Positions 12,351 to 24,691 of a stretch of DNA of 64,000 nt are shown here, in pieces. Below the pieces are notes generated by a model. That model had not been told where the DNA came from. It searched no databases and saw nothing but the letters and a program-made list of their open reading frames with translations. Position 1 is the stretch's first letter; every line of letters begins with the position of its first letter. A program made the translations under genes and the position numbers. The DNA is from Macrostomum lignano (taxonomy: Eukaryota): positions 1 through 64,000 of the forward strand of contig NIVC01002475.1 in NCBI GenBank assembly GCA_002269645.1. Reading direction: 5' to 3'.

Positions 12351-13041
12351 TAGAGCTGTCAAAATTAGAGATTTTATTCGAGACGAGATTCAAGATGAGA
12401 AGGGTTATAAGCCAAGAATTTCGAGACAAGACAAGACAAAGTAAATCTAAAAAAATATATTTCAGAATTGCATCTTGTTTTGCTCTTATCTTGTCTTATC
12501 TTGTCTTAAATTTCTTGATAAGATATAATTCTAAAATAAATTTTTTAGATTTTCTAGAATACTTTCTTAATTCTAGTTTTAATTCTTTGCTATTTATTCA
12601 AAAGCATTTATGCTTGTAGCATATAGGCCCTTGGCCCTACTATGTCTATTACTAATTCTTCAAAAGACCTATGTAGATTGTCTTCAAGTCTGCTGTGATA
12701 CACATTGCTGCAGAACTGAAATGATAACTAAAAGAGTGCATATGCAATGCAAACTCGTATATAATGACATTCATTAAATAACTAAAACTGCTTGACATTG
12801 GCTAGATTTTACCATTTGAAAATTGCCCTATCAAGTGTGTTACAACAAACAGTTGTATTTATATGAAAATTTGCTCCCCTTTTTATATCTTATCATTTAA
12901 AAACTTTTGAAAAAAAGGTATCAAAAAAATTCTTGAATCTCGTCTCAAATTTCTTGACAAAATTCGAGATTTCTCGAGATAAGAAAAAATGTCAAGATCT
13001 TGTCTTGAATCTTGTCTTGTTGAGATCTTGTTACAGCTCTA
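12351..13041. mobile_element. hAT-type MITE
   Basis: TIR TAGAGCTGT/ACAGCTCTA; 8-bp TSD CTACATTC (12343-12350) and CTATATTC (13042-13049); GAGACAAGAC/GTCTTG subterminal motifs in inverted orientation. Confidence 0.85.
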
Positions 13042-13719
13042 CTATATTCTACAGTTGATTCTGCAACTTTACTTATTATTCTGCATTTTACTGTGCTATT
13101 CTATTTTAATTCTGCTGTGGATTCCATGTTTTACTAGGTACCCTATGCTATGGCTATATATGCTATGATCTGATCTTGGATTTGGAATATCAATATTGAT
13201 ATTGTTTTTGGGATTTGTTTCCTATCCTAATTTTTATTGGTATTCAAGATCCTATGGCTATGATTTTAGTCTTCAATATTAAGATTAGCAACCTAACTAA
13301 CCTATCTGGCTATCTAACCTATCCTGATGGTTTTAGAGTTCAAGATATGATACTGAATTGAAATATGAAAAAGATCAGTTGCACTCGTTTTTTTGGTCCT
13401 AAAATAGCAAATCTATAGGGGGCCTATCATAGTTTATTGAAAAAATTTTGAAACTAGTTTTATTTAAAAGCAAATGGGTTATATTTTAGTAAGTATGATA
13501 GTTGTTGCTTCAGAAACATGCCTTTATAGAGACAATAAATTTGCTTCTGAATTCCTATGAGTTTTGATTGCCTAATTATCTAAAGTTGTTTTTTCTAAAA
13601 GATAACATGTATACTTAATGTATTGGTTTCCTGACAGACATTCAGAAATCATTCAGTAAATGTTTAACAAAATTGTCTATTTAGTATGCAAGACAGTGCA
13701 ATTTTTCATATATTTTTAT

Positions 13720-15866
13720 GCTTGTTTCTGCTTTGAAAAGATACATCAGACACACACAAAGACACTTTACAAGCTGAGATATCCCCTAGCAACAGTTGTT
13801 ACGACATTTCCCAATAGTCCAAATACTGTATATAGTTGTTTTTGAGGAGCCACTACATTGTTGCACTTTGCTCTTTTTGGCCAGGTCAGCCAATGGCCAA
13901 TGTTCTTTAAACATTCAGCTGCTATGTGTGGTTAAAAATCATCTTAATATCTATCTCCAAATAGGTAGCATCAAACTTAAAATCAGCCTTCAAAAATTTT
14001 TATATAGTTTATGAGTGCCGGGTCCTTCTTTAATAATTGTCCTTGTATGTATAATAGGTTGCAATGTAATTTGGAGTATTAAATTATGGCTTACTACTGT
14101 TGACTTATTTCCCAGATTGACGATGCCATCTCTTAGGCAAGAAAGGCACACTCCATTCCTAAAGATTACCAAAATTGAGATCCTATTTTCTCATTTTTAG
14201 CTTGCAACTGGGAATTAGAAATAACTTGAGAAATTGTATGACTATGTGGAATTGGCTTTGGAAAGCCAAATCTATATGTAGCACCCAGTGTTCACCTGTG
14301 CAACCTCCTCATGAAGATGAGTCTTGTTTCCAATAGAACAGCAATTCATTTAGACCTCATAGCTCCACTGAATACCAGCCAACCAGTGGCCAGGCTAAAG
14401 CCCAGCCAGCCACTGGCCAGGCGACCAAGAATGAAAGAGCCGGAAGTCCTAAAGGGACTCCTGAAGGGACTCCTGAAGGGACTCCTAAAGGGACTCCTGA
14501 AGGGACTCCTGAAGGGACTCCTAAAGGGACTCCTGAAGGGACTCCTGAAGGGACTCTTGAAAGGCAACTTGTTATGGACTGCTCCTCAATGAATGAAGTG
14601 ACAGCAACAATGACAATATCAATTAAAGCTATAAGGAAGATTCATTTAGGAATTAATAATTCCAAATATGTTTTTTTCGAAGCTAGCACTAAATGAAGCT
14701 CTTTGCAAATCATTGAGATCTATATCGTCTTGTTGCTTGCGCATGAGGGAGTATTGTCATGTTAGTGCAATTGAATCTAGAAAAAAATGTACAAATTTTT
14801 TGACAATAAGGGCTGAGTGCAAGATGCAAGGGTGCAAGAAACTTACTTTTGTAATGAAAGAAAAACCCCTATTGCAAGATGCTGGGAGTGGCACGTCATC
14901 GGACAAGGTCTCTTTGACCACTCGAAAGCCAAATCATCAACTTTTAGAAGAATAACAGAGGATGAGGAAGAAAATTTCACAAAACTTGTTGCAGAGGAAA
15001 TTTTCTTTGCCATTTTGAAAGTCATGTCTTACTTTCTTCTAGCAGTTGTTCAACAACTTTGCTGTCTCGATGACTTGTGACAATCTGATCAGGTATAGTT
15101 GACACTCTAGATGGGTGTGGAATCTCAAAAAGTTACATTTACTTGTGATTTCTTTTAGGGCTGTTTTTGTTGCTTCCTTGTGTTGCTTTTTTGCTACATT
15201 TAAATTATCCAACATTTCTTACATTTTCTCTCAATAATCTTAACTTAATAATAATAGTAGTAGTACAGTATATAATCATAGTAATATTAATAATAATAAC
15301 AGTACAGTAATGTTAATAGTAATAACATTATTATAAGTAGTACAAATATTATTAAAAAGTAATATTAATAATAATAGCATTCGGTGTACTAAGTATTTAG
15401 AAAACATTGTAACAACCATTGCTAAAGAATATCTCAGCTTGTGAAGCATCTTTGTTGGTCTTTAATGTGTCTTTTTACAGCAAGGCATGCATAAAGTAGC
15501 AGTGCAATTTTCATCCAGAATGAGCACAGCTTCTAAAAAAATGGTTATACAATTCAAACAGCAACATCAAACAGCATTCGGTATATCTAGAAAATATGGT
15601 AACAACCATTGCTAGGGAATATCTTAGCTTGTGAAGTGTCTTTGTGTGTGTCTAATGTGTCTTTTTAAAGTAGAGACATGTGTAAAGCAGCTGTGTAATT
15701 TTCATTCAGAAAGAACAAAGTGCAATGATATAGCGGCTCCTCAAAAACAACTATATACAGTATTTGGTATATTGGGAAACATTGTAACAACCATTACTAA
15801 AGAATATCTCAGCTTGTGAAGCATTTTTTGTGTGTATCTGATGTGTCTTTTTAAAGCAGAGACATT
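13720..15866. mobile_element. Old foldback-like element: ~155-bp inverted repeats flanking decayed ORF pieces
   Basis: 13720-13875 is the reverse complement of 15710-15866, and two more tandem copies lie at ~15380-15690. The interior has frameshifted Cys/His-containing ORF pieces (14668-15080). Confidence 0.5.
14447..14565. repeat. 12-bp tandem repeat (AAGGGACTCCTG)
   Basis: About 10 units. Confidence 0.9.
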
Positions 15867-17068
15867 AACTGTGATGGTCTCAGTGTGGTAGACCAATCAA
15901 AATAATATACAGCAAGTCTAAAAAATACAAGTGTAAATAGTTGTTGATGTAGGGTAAGACTTGGATAGAAAAACAAGACCTTCATTAATTATAGTGTTTT
16001 GTATTTCACCATTTTAATCTTTAACATATTTTAGCCCCTTTTGACCTAGCTTTTTTGTTTTATTAGTTTATTGGTTTATTTTTATTTTTTAATTATCTTT
16101 CTTTTTATTTGCATTTTGCCTTAATTAATTTGTTTTGCTTATTGGCTTATTTAGGTCCTATTGTCAGGAAGGTGTCAAGTGTTTTTAGGTGAAAGAGTTT
16201 TTTAGGCAAACGTTTTGGTGTATGCCAAGTATGCTAAGACTCTCCAACCCCTAATTATAAAGTTTTAACCTTTTAATCTTGACATTGTTTGCTCAATTTT
16301 GTTCAACTCTATATGGATTTACAAACTACAATACACTAAAAGACTTGAACCCAATTCTTAAATTCCAATCCCAATCCTGAGAAAAAAATTATTCCTGATC
16401 CCAATCCCACCCAATGATTTCAGTCAATTCTGTCCAACCTCTAATATACTGTTTAAAAATATATGTTTTGAAAAGAATAAATTAACAAAAAAGCTCACAG
16501 AATGAAAATTTTAGATATAAAAGTTACAATTGTTCAAATAAAGGGTTGCATGTTGATACATTGAACAAACTTTTGAGTGCAGTGAAGCTCCTAGCCTGCA
16601 GTTTTGTTTTATCTTCTTGTTCAGATTAAGGATTTTGGATGCAGTTGAAATTAAGTAACCATCTTTGCTGGTTACTGGGCACCCTCTATCCTTATTGCTT
16701 GTTAAATGCAGTTGATTTGCCATAGCCTCTGTTTCTAGTATGTTTATTTTTGCTATTAAGTCTCAGATTTCTAGATTTGATCAGATTGCAAAAACCAATA
16801 TTAAGTTCTATATTGTGTGTTATTTATATTATTTCTTTCATTTGAAGTAATTTGATGTTTTTAGCAATAGCAATAAAGGGTAAAGTACTTAGCAACCCAG
16901 GGCACTAGCAATTCCTATTCATGCCCTCCAAGGCTCCAATCCAGGAGTAGAGATATTGATATTTTATTGAATTTTAGGCATAGGTCTAAAAGTGCAGATT
17001 ATAATTTTTTTATGGCTAAAAGTAAAGCCTATTACAATAATCAATGGAGTTTAATACCACAACATTGC

Positions 17069-17431
17069 ATGTTGTTCTATAGCTTCTTCAAGACCCTCGT
17101 GGGTAAAGACGTGGTGGTGGAGCTCAAAAATGATTTGAGCATCTGCGGCACCCTGCAATCTGTTGACCAATATCTCAACATTAATTTGAACGATATTAGC
17201 GTCACAGATCCAAACAAATATCCGCACATGATGTCAATGAAAAATTGTTTCATCCGTGGATCTGTGGTGCGCTATGTACAGCTGCCGGCTGACGAGTGCG
17301 ACACTGTTGAGTTGCAGAATGCTGCTAGAAAGGAGGCGATGCAAAGCAAATCAGTTGCTGCGGCTGCCTCTGCTGCTGCTGCAGGAGGAGGAGGAGGCGG
17401 CGGCACTGGAGGACACGGCGGAGCACATTAG
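17069..17431 (+). CDS. LSM2: U6 snRNA-associated Sm-like protein LSm2 (120 aa, intronless, Ala/Gly-rich C-terminal tail)
   Basis: MLFYSFFKTLVGKDVVVELKNDLSICGTLQSVDQYLNI..PHMMSMKNCFIRGSVVRYVQLP is near-identical to LSm2. True ATG at 17069; AATAAA at 17546-17551. Confidence 0.97.
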   Translation: MLFYSFFKTLVGKDVVVELKNDLSICGTLQSVDQYLNINLNDISVTDPNKYPHMMSMKNCFIRGSVVRYVQLPADECDTVELQNAARKEAMQSKSVAAAASAAAAGGGGGGGTGGHGGAH

Positions 17432-17948
17432 ATAAGTCATTTCCTGGAACTGAGCCTGCTCTAAAAAGGGCCGTTTTTTTCTCATCTATATGTCAAAATA
17501 TTTGTTTTTGTATTCACGTTAAAGTAATTTTATAAGGGTGTTCAAAATAAAGATAAATTGTCATTATAAAATTTTTTAAGTCTTAGTGTTGCCATAATTG
17601 TACTATGTAAGCAACCATTTTCATAATTTTCTAGCATTTAACTATATTATAATCTGTCTGCTTTGAAATCTTAGCTGTCTTTTGTGTTGAATATCTAAAA
17701 AGTTGAAGTAATATAAATATAATAGTGAAGTTTTGCCTGGACTTTAAAGTCCCATGCTTTTTACTTTGGAAATCTTTTTTGTCTTAAAATTATTTTTTTA
17801 AGAGTACGCCTATAATTATTTATTTTAATAGCAAAATAATTCTGTAGTAATTATATACGACAATTTTTGTTGCATGAATTATCTCTCGTATTTTACTCGT
17901 CATACGCTAAACTGAACTACTTCAAGTAGTTGAAATCTGTATAGAAAA

Positions 17949-18494
17949 ATGAGCCAACAACAACAGCAGAACCAGGCGGAGTCAACAGGCTCTCAGACTG
18001 TTACAGTTGAGCCTCAGCCGCAAGAGGAGACTGTCACTCTTCATTTGATTGATAACTCGACTCAAGATAGTAGGCAGGTAAGAAATCGTCTTAATCTTTG
18101 TGCATACCATCGAGTAGCTGTAAAATGGGTGCCAGCATTAGCTGGGGTAATTGAGGGTGTGTGTGGCGACCCCCCCAGTCCTTGGACTGAACATCCGTTA
18201 GGGCAGGTGTAATCAACTATTATTGTTATATTATTAAAGGTTTCCCCTGACAGCCTTTATTTAAACATGACGCTTTCTAAGAAACCGCCCCTTTAACTGC
18301 AGGTGCAATTCGCCCAGGACACTGTAGACAATGAGCATCTTGGCAAAAAGAAATCCAAATGCTGTTGCGTCTACAAGAAGCCAAGAAAATTTGATCCCGA
18401 CAATCCTGACAAATCAGATAGCGAGGATGAAGATGGACACTCTTGCACTATGCACTGTCAAGGTCATACGCAGAAGTCCTATCATAAAGATTAA
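17949..18494 (+). CDS. PPP1R11: Protein phosphatase 1 inhibitor-3 (exons 17949-18077 and 18303-18494; 106 aa)
   Basis: A GT-AG phase-0 intron joins RQ|VQF (RVxF PP1-docking motif), followed by the hallmark DTVDNEHLGKKKSKCCCVYKKP. Confidence 0.93.
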
Positions 18495-18904
18495 AAACTT
18501 TTACATTGTTTATTTATTATGTAAAGAGCTTTTTTAACTACGATAAAGTAGATTTTGAGATAGATTTAACTGCTATAATCTGTCTGCAACTGCAACATAA
18601 TTCTAAGAACGATGTATGTAAATGTATGTTGGCAATAACAAAAAATAGTTTTTAGCAGTTGAAATTTATAACACAGAATTTGTACTATATAATACCAATT
18701 GTTGGTTGTAAGAACGCAACGCAAATATCAATTCCCAGCTCGTGAAAAGGAATGCAAGAATGTGCGTAATAATAAATTGACAAGCTTAAATCTGAAGTTT
18801 TGTAGTAAAAACAAACGAAAGTAACTCTTTATTTGCTTCATTTAGTAGTGCCAATAGTTATTACATTGTTATTAAGAATAAGTCTTTGTTACACACCTAA
18901 TGGT

Positions 18905-19690
18905 TAAGAATTAGCCTTAGTTACACACCTCTACTAATTAGGAATTAGCCTTAGCTCGTAGTTACACACCTCTACTAATTAGGAATTAGCCTTAGTTACA
19001 CACATCTACTAATTAGGAACTAGCCTTAGTTACACACCTCTACTAATTAGGAACTAGCCTTAGTTACACACCTCTACTAATTAGGAATTAGCCTTAGTTA
19101 CACACCTCTACTAATTAGGAATTAGCCTTAGTTACACACATCTACTAATTAGGAACTAGCCTTAGTTACACACCTCTATTCACTAGGAATTAGCCTTAGT
19201 TACACACCTCTACTAATTAGGAATTAGCCTTAATTACACACCTCTATTAATTAGGAAGCAGCCTTAGTTACACACCTCTACTAATTAGGAACTAGCCTTA
19301 GTTACACACCTCTACTAATTAGGAATTAGCATTAGTTACACACCTCTATTCACTAGGAATTAGCCTTAGTTACACACCTCTACTAATTAGGAATTAGCCT
19401 TAATTACACACCTCTATTAATTAGGAAGCAGCCTTAGTTACACACCTCTACTAATTAGGAATTAGCCTTAGTTACACACCTCTACTAATTAGGAATTAGC
19501 ATTAGTTACACACCTCTACTAATTAGGAACTAGCCTTAGTTACACACCTCTATTAATTAGGAAGCAGCCTTAGTTACACACCTCTACTAATTAGGAATTA
19601 GCCTTAGTTACACACCTCTACTAATTAGGAATTAGCCTTCGTTACACACCTCTATTAATTAGGAAGCAGCCTTAGTTACACACCTCTATT
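18905..19690. repeat. 34-bp minisatellite (TTACACACCTCTACTAATTAGGAATTAGCCTTAG)
   Basis: Period 34 (18962, 18996); about 23 units between PPP1R11 and POLR2H. Confidence 0.95.
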
Positions 19691-19889
19691 GATGCTTAAT
19701 ATTCCCTTGTACTACAAAAAGGAATTAAAATTCTCACAGCCTACTCATGTTGTGAAATTTCTCAGTAGTACGAATTGAATTAATGAGAATGACGTTAGAT
19801 TGACAGCCGTGCTAAGAATCGCCTTCAGTTACTAGTTCAACAATTATCAAAACTTTGCAGCAACTAACCCGGTCAATTGTAACTCCAAA

Positions 19890-20351
19890 ATGGCCGGCAC
19901 AATATTCGAAGACATATTCGACGTTAAAAATGTTGAGAAACGTTTCGATCGAGTTTCACGCCTATTCTGCGAATCGGAATCGTTTAAAATGGATTTAATT
20001 CTAGACGTTAATACTATGGTTTATCCTGTGCAGCTGGGCGAAAAGTTCCGCTTAGTGATTGCGTCCAGCTTGCGAGAGGATGGCCTAGTTGATGACGGAG
20101 AGTTCGACCCGCTGATGTGGCAGGACGGCAGCGGTGGAGGCGGTGGCAGTCGTAGCAGAGCTGATCAGTTTGAATACGTGATGTACGGCAAAGTTTATCG
20201 ACTAGAAGGTGAAGGCTCCAGTGATAGTCGTCTGGCCGCCTACGTGAGCTATGGCGGCCTGCTGATGCGACTGATGGGCGAGGCCAGCAATTTGAATAGT
20301 TTTCAAATGGACTCGCATGTCTATTTGTTAATGAAGAAGTTGGCCTTTTGA
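19890..20351 (+). CDS. POLR2H: RNA polymerase I/II/III subunit RPABC3 (RPB8), 153 aa, intronless
   Basis: [72 protein letters not shown]. Confidence 0.98.
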   Translation: MAGTIFEDIFDVKNVEKRFDRVSRLFCESESFKMDLILDVNTMVYPVQLGEKFRLVIASSLREDGLVDDGEFDPLMWQDGSGGGGGSRSRADQFEYVMYGKVYRLEGEGSSDSRLAAYVSYGGLLMRLMGEASNLNSFQMDSHVYLLMKKLAF

Positions 20352-20549
20352 GTGTACTTTTATTTTGTGTTATAATTGCCCAGAATTTAACAGTTAGATA
20401 GAATCGAGTACTTTGCGACCATAGACTAATTAAATCATAAGCCTTGTACATCTAAATTGGTTGGGTAGCTTGGATTTAAGGGTCATTCCACAGATAATAG
20501 AATAACTGGATACTATCTACTCTTCTTTGCCCACTTGTGTCTGACTTTA

Positions 20550-20797
20550 CTTTTCTCTCATTGGCTGAGCTTGATTGGGCCTACCCCCCTAGGCTGAGAG
20601 TTTCGTCCGCCTGACTATGACCTCTCTCTTTACTGCTCTCTCATTGGCTGAGCTTGATTGGGCCTACCCCCTAGGCTGAGAGTTTCGTCCGCCTGACTTT
20701 GACCTCTCTCCTTACTGCTCTCTCATTGGCTGAGCTTGATTGGGCCTACCCCCCCCCTAGGCTGAGTTTCGTCTGCCTGACTTTGACCTCTCTCCTT
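20550..20797. repeat. 83-bp tandem repeat, left part (continues at 30978-31180)
   Basis: Period 83 (20573, 20656). The unit breaks at CTCTCCTT and resumes as TTACTGCTCTC after the 10.18-kb insertion. Confidence 0.92.
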
Positions 20798-21376
20798 CCC
20801 AGTGGGAAATTCTGGTACGCCCAAGGGTGCGCAGACCGCGGCGCCCGGTGGCCTGTGGCCGGTAGCGGGGCGCACTCTTTGTCCAGTCGGGGCGCCGGCC
20901 TTATACCCGGCGCCCGGTGGACTGCCCAATAAATTAAGGCAAGAATTGGTTTACTCTACTAACAGTAGTATGCAGGGCTTTTACTGATATATTTTGCTCT
21001 GGCAGCAGCCTAGCTTTCTGGTTGTTTCAAAATTGAATTTATTTCCAAATAATTTTCAGAGCTATCTGATTTTTTTAAGCAATTGTCTCTTCCATTATAA
21101 ATTTAAACAACCTTGCTGCTACCTGCTTACGAAGTTTGCCTTTTGTAAATTTTTTTGCAGTTCTTTAGAAAATTAGTTTGAGTCTATGAATGAAATCGAA
21201 TAAGAAACTTAAATGTAATGAAATTTGAATTTATTTAGCGAAGTTAAATGGAACTGATATTAAAACACAATATTAGAACGAAAAATAGTTAAGTTTTTGG
21301 CAACAAAGGTGTTGAAAGAATGTCAGTTTTAAAATCATTTTGACAGCATTTACTCGTAAAATACGTGCTCTCATAA

Positions 21377-24335
21377 TTAGAAGATTTTAAATTGTCCATC
21401 ATCCAGCTCTCGCTGATCTTCGGACCAGTTTGATCCACTTGATTCGGTTTCGTCATCAGATTCGAGAGAGCAGTCAGTGCGGTAGTTGGTTTTTGACTTT
21501 GCTGAACGGGGGCGATGGTTGTTCCGCTTTCGAGGCTGAGAATCCAACTGAATACTCGCTCGCTTTCTGGATTGGGAGCTCGGCTTTGCTGTCGCCGCTG
21601 GCGGCACTTCTCCCGCTGATAGTCGCGATGGTGTCTGTGACATTGGAAAGAAAACAAAAAATTACTGCATGCACATTTTATCTTACTGATAGTAGTATTT
21701 AATGCTTAGCAATCATAGTATTCATCGTTCATTATTCAGTTTAGATACGTTTTTACTCACTAGGGAAAAAGAAGATGAATGGCTGTGTCTTTGCACGGCG
21801 CTGCCAGAAGCGGGACTTTGAGTCGCTGCCACCAAAGACCGTCTTTGCACGGCGCTGCCAGAAGCGGGACTTTGAGTCGCTGCCACCAGAGATCGTCTTT
21901 GCACAGCGCTGCCAGAAGCGGGACTTTGAGTCGCTGCCACCAAAGACCGTCTTTGCACGGCGCTGCCAGAAGCGGGGCTTGGAGTCGCTGCCACCAGAGA
22001 CTGTCTTTGTACGGCGCTGCCAGAAGCGGGGCTTGGAGTCGCTGCCACCAGAGACTGTCTTTGTACGGCGCTGCCAGAAGCGGGACTTTGAGTCGCTGCC
22101 ACCAGAGACTGTCTTTGTACGGCGCTGCCAGAAGCGGGGCTTGGAGTCGCTGCCACCAGAGACTGTCTTTGTACGGCGCTGCCAGAAGCGGGGCTTGGAG
22201 TCGCTGCCACCAGAGACTGTCTTTGTACGGCGCTGCCAGAAGCGGGACTTTGAGTCGCTGCCACCAGAGACTGTCTTTGTACGGCGCTGCCAGAAGCGGG
22301 GCTTGGAGTCGCTGCCACCAGAGACTGTCTTTGTACGGCGCTGTCAGAAGCGGGGCTTTGAGTCTGGACTCCGGAAAGCAGCTGGCTTCCTGTGCGATGC
22401 GACCGCCCCTTTAATCGGTCACCGCCATGCTTTAGCTGCTGTCTGCAAGTATTTCTTACAGATTGTTCAGAGGGCCTGCCGGCTTCAGCGGTCGCGCCAT
22501 AGATGAATGTGATTGCTTCTGTTAGGAAAAAAGTTGAAAGTTACTATGAATAGCATGCACTGTGCTCGACTAATTTCTTGATATTTAGCTCTAAAAGTCT
22601 CATTGAACGTTGATTAAGTAGACTTACTTTGGAAATGGCTGAGCAGAGTGCTCTGAAATCCAAGCTGCGCATCAGTAAGGTTGGTCGCAACTCCAGCAGC
22701 AACAGCTCGGCTTCGCATGTCTGACCCGATTAAATTAATAACCGCCTGCATCTCTTTCGACAAGCTCTCGTTAAGCATTGCCATTAAAGCATCGGACCAC
22801 TTGTCTCGCTTGCATGAACGTAGCAGGCTCTTCTGTTTAGATTTTTACAGGTGAGAATACTTATAGATTATTATTTCAGTGATAGTACTAGTGCGCTTTG
22901 AGTAGTAGTTAGAGCATTTCTTCTAATGAAAAGAAAATAAAAAACTCTGTCATGAACTTACCAAAGTAGAAATATGTTCATTTGGACTGGAAGCGAATTG
23001 CACATATTTTTCCCAGGAGTTGATCGGCCAGAATGAAGGCTCAGAATTATCAGTTGGAATGTCAGCGCCAACAGGTTCCAAAAAGCGTAGCACGCTCTGC
23101 ACTTCAGTGCGCATTGCGGTGATTTGTTTGGTCAAACTATTTTCTAATGCTTTCAATTCATTCTTGCGCATAGTAAGTTCGCGTAGGGCATATAAGGACA
23201 GAAACTTGATGCCTCTTGGACTTTCCAGCTCAAAGCTAACACCGGCTTGGATCTGCTCTTCTAGTTTTCTAAGAAAGCCAGAACCAAAATTAAAAGATGA
23301 AATGGTGGGAGGCGACTTAGGAATCGTCGATCGATCATCTGCTACGAACTCAGCTTCTATTTCAGCTTCCGCCTCAGCTTCCACCTCAGCTCCCATCTCA
23401 GCTTCCACCTCAGCTTCCGCCTCAGCTTCCGCCTCAGCTCCCATCTCAGCTTCCACCTCAGCTCCGATCTCAGCTTCCACCTCATCTTCCGCTTCAGCTT
23501 CCGCCTCAGCTTCCACTTCAGCTTCCGCCTCAGCTTCCACTTCAGCTTCCGCCTCAGCTTCCGCCTCAGCTTCCATATCGGCGTCTACGCCAGCTTCTGC
23601 TTCATCATCACTAATAGGAGGCATTGGCGCTAACTGTGCAATCGTAGGCGGATGTTGTTTAGGCAGCAAAGCTGGAGGTTGCAAACAGCGGCTGCTCTTA
23701 TCTTCGAAGATTGCCTCGGAATCGGTGGCTGAGCCGTCTGACAGATTCTGTTTGGGATGGTTACGGCATGAGAAATTATCAAGTAATGTCAGTTTTAAAG
23801 ATTATTTCACATTTAATTTCTTCCCTTTTCTTAAAAATTAGTTTAAAAGGTAAAACGGAGAAAACAAAGTTCTCGATAAAAATTATATGGGCTGTGCTTA
23901 ATTTTACCTTAGTCTGGTAATGCCTTCGTGCTTTCTTCATGTCACGCTCCTGAAAGACTCTGGGTTGAACCAACTCGAGAATTCGGTTCAGTCGGGTCTT
24001 TTTGGCCACCAATTCACGCACAAAGCGGAAGCTCCCAGGCTCTAGGTTGTTGCTTAGTATTACCTTTAAATTAATGAGAAAATATGAGCGTACAAATATT
24101 AGATCGATTCAAGAATTTTAACATTTCAATCGTTGGGATCGGTTGCTTACCTGAATAATTAGAGCAGAGTAAAAACAGCCTTCATACAAGGCTTCACACT
24201 TCCACTTCTCAGTGGAGTCCCTCTTTTCTAACCATTCCTCTTCCTTAAGGTTTTGAAAGCCTTCAGGAAGCTTCAGTTCGCTTTCCGGACCTCAACAATT
24301 TGACGGTCGTCTTTAAAGATCACTAAAAACTTCAT
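21377..24335 (-). CDS. Multi-exon transposon accessory gene (Tudor/SH3-like N-terminus, Glu-Ala repeat, coiled coil, DUF4806/BEN-like domain, 20-aa repeats); one frameshift
   Basis: ATG at 24335 ([16 protein letters not shown], frameshift, ..[19 protein letters not shown]|gtaagc). Further exons read [16 protein letters not shown]|gt, [67 protein letters not shown] and [19 protein letters not shown], then the 60-bp repeat and SQTPSR..FKIF*. Some splice sites are approximate. Confidence 0.65.
21785..22360 (-). repeat. 60-bp coding tandem repeat ([18 protein letters not shown]-type 20-aa unit)
   Basis: About 9-10 units, in frame with the accessory-gene exon on the minus strand. Confidence 0.9.
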
Positions 24336-24691
24336 TGTAGCATGCAGACTAGACTATGCTAGTGCAAAACTGAGTACCAAATAAAGCAAGAGTTTGGAGC
24401 TCACACTATAGTTTATGCTTATTTAATGATTCAGTGGTTTAGGTTGCTTCTAGAAGCAATTGTCTTCTATAGTTCTTCGAATGAAAAAGGCCGCCCTGGC
24501 TTTTCCAATTTCATTGGCCCTACCGTCCCCGCACCATACCTGTCCAATCAGCGCGCACAAACCCCCAAAGGAATAGTTTTCAATTCTTCCCAGCTTTTGT
24601 TCATATCTTTCTTTAATACGAAATAAGCAATCGTAGTAATTACTTTATTACAACAGTCAACTATCATCAAAGTCTGATTCGGACGAAAACA
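24336..24691. promoter_or_regulatory. Putative bidirectional promoter between accessory gene and transposase
   Basis: 356-bp head-to-head gap with CCAAT/ATTGG boxes (ttcattggcc ~24510, gtccaatcag ~24545). Confidence 0.45.

Noticed and set aside
14311-14592. GLLK-repeat ORF resembling an amphipathic peptide
   Set aside because: Produced by a 12-bp tandem repeat; no other coding evidence.
16967-17068. 34-aa N-terminal extension of LSm2 in the ORF track
   Set aside because: Starts at TTG in AT-rich sequence; homology begins exactly at ATG 17069.
21775-22506. Plus-strand repeat ORFs ([13 protein letters not shown])
   Set aside because: The minus-strand frame is the one continuous with spliced accessory-gene exons; these are shadows.
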